From the sequence record OP123707.1: a stretch of DNA of 24,000 bases; one strand, written 5' to 3'. Position numbers and translations under genes: made by a program. This DNA comes from Vibrio phage phiKT1028. Of this stretch, positions 23,689 to 24,000 are shown one piece after another (the stretch's first letter is position 1; each line of letters starts with the position of its first letter). Under the pieces are notes generated by a model that searched no databases, was not told where the DNA came from, and saw nothing but the letters and a program-made list of their open reading frames with translations.

Positions 23689-24000
23689 ATGTCAGTGAAC
23701 ACTAAGAACATCCTAGTAATATGTGATTCAGGCTTTGGTGGACTGTGTGCCGAACCGCTTAACTACTTAGAGCGTCTACGTACCATGGTGGGTACAAGAA
23801 CCAATAACGATTACGAGCTTCATACCGTCAGCGGTAAATACGGGCTCAGTGAACTAGATCCGAACATTAATACTCTGGACATCGAAGATCGCAATAAGAC
23901 GTCTTTTGTCCAAACCATTGAAAACATGGTGGACCTCACGAGCGAACTTATCATCATCTCGGTAGTGGATCACGATCCTCACATCGAAGCTTTGGCGGCT
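23689..24000 (+). CDS. 3'-truncated hypothetical protein
   Basis: Missing from the ORF track but open to the window edge: ggag, ATG 23689, MSVNTKNILVICDSGFGGLCAEPLNYLERLRTMVG... (104 codons visible). Confidence 0.75.
   Translation, partial: MSVNTKNILVICDSGFGGLCAEPLNYLERLRTMVGTRTNNDYELHTVSGKYGLSELDPNINTLDIEDRNKTSFVQTIENMVDLTSELIIISVVDHDPHIEALAA

Overview
The window is a densely packed piece of what looks like a large (jumbo) tailed-phage genome. It has about 22 closely spaced genes in strand blocks, separated by strong intrinsic terminators. Most products are unrecognisable orphans. Supported calls are an SNF2/SF2-type helicase on the minus strand (5968..8733), a RecA/UvsX-like ATPase with a non-canonical P-loop (22188..23624), and a run of proteins with probable Ig-like beta-sandwich N-termini. 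The strongest finding is a 227-aa in-frame intein (7594..8274) splitting the helicase Walker A motif exactly at GRAGSGK^T. It starts with Ala and carries the Trp-Cys-Thr signature of mechanistic class 3 inteins. Its central region looks like a decayed single-motif LAGLIDADG endonuclease. Other notable signals are three copies of a (CC)TATATTA(C/A) promoter-like motif in intergenic regions, similar to what I recall of phiKZ early promoters, with short hairpins just downstream of two copies. There is also a ~90-aa alpha/beta unit apparently repeated three times across two overlapping genes (16196..17153), a possible divergent RNase H-like domain (19742..21274), and two non-terminator secondary-structure elements in 5' leaders (2403..2430 and 3817..3889). 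Many track start codons are too far upstream, some overlapping terminators, and have been corrected. No tRNA, CRISPR array or mobile element other than the intein was found. No function was confirmed by database search.
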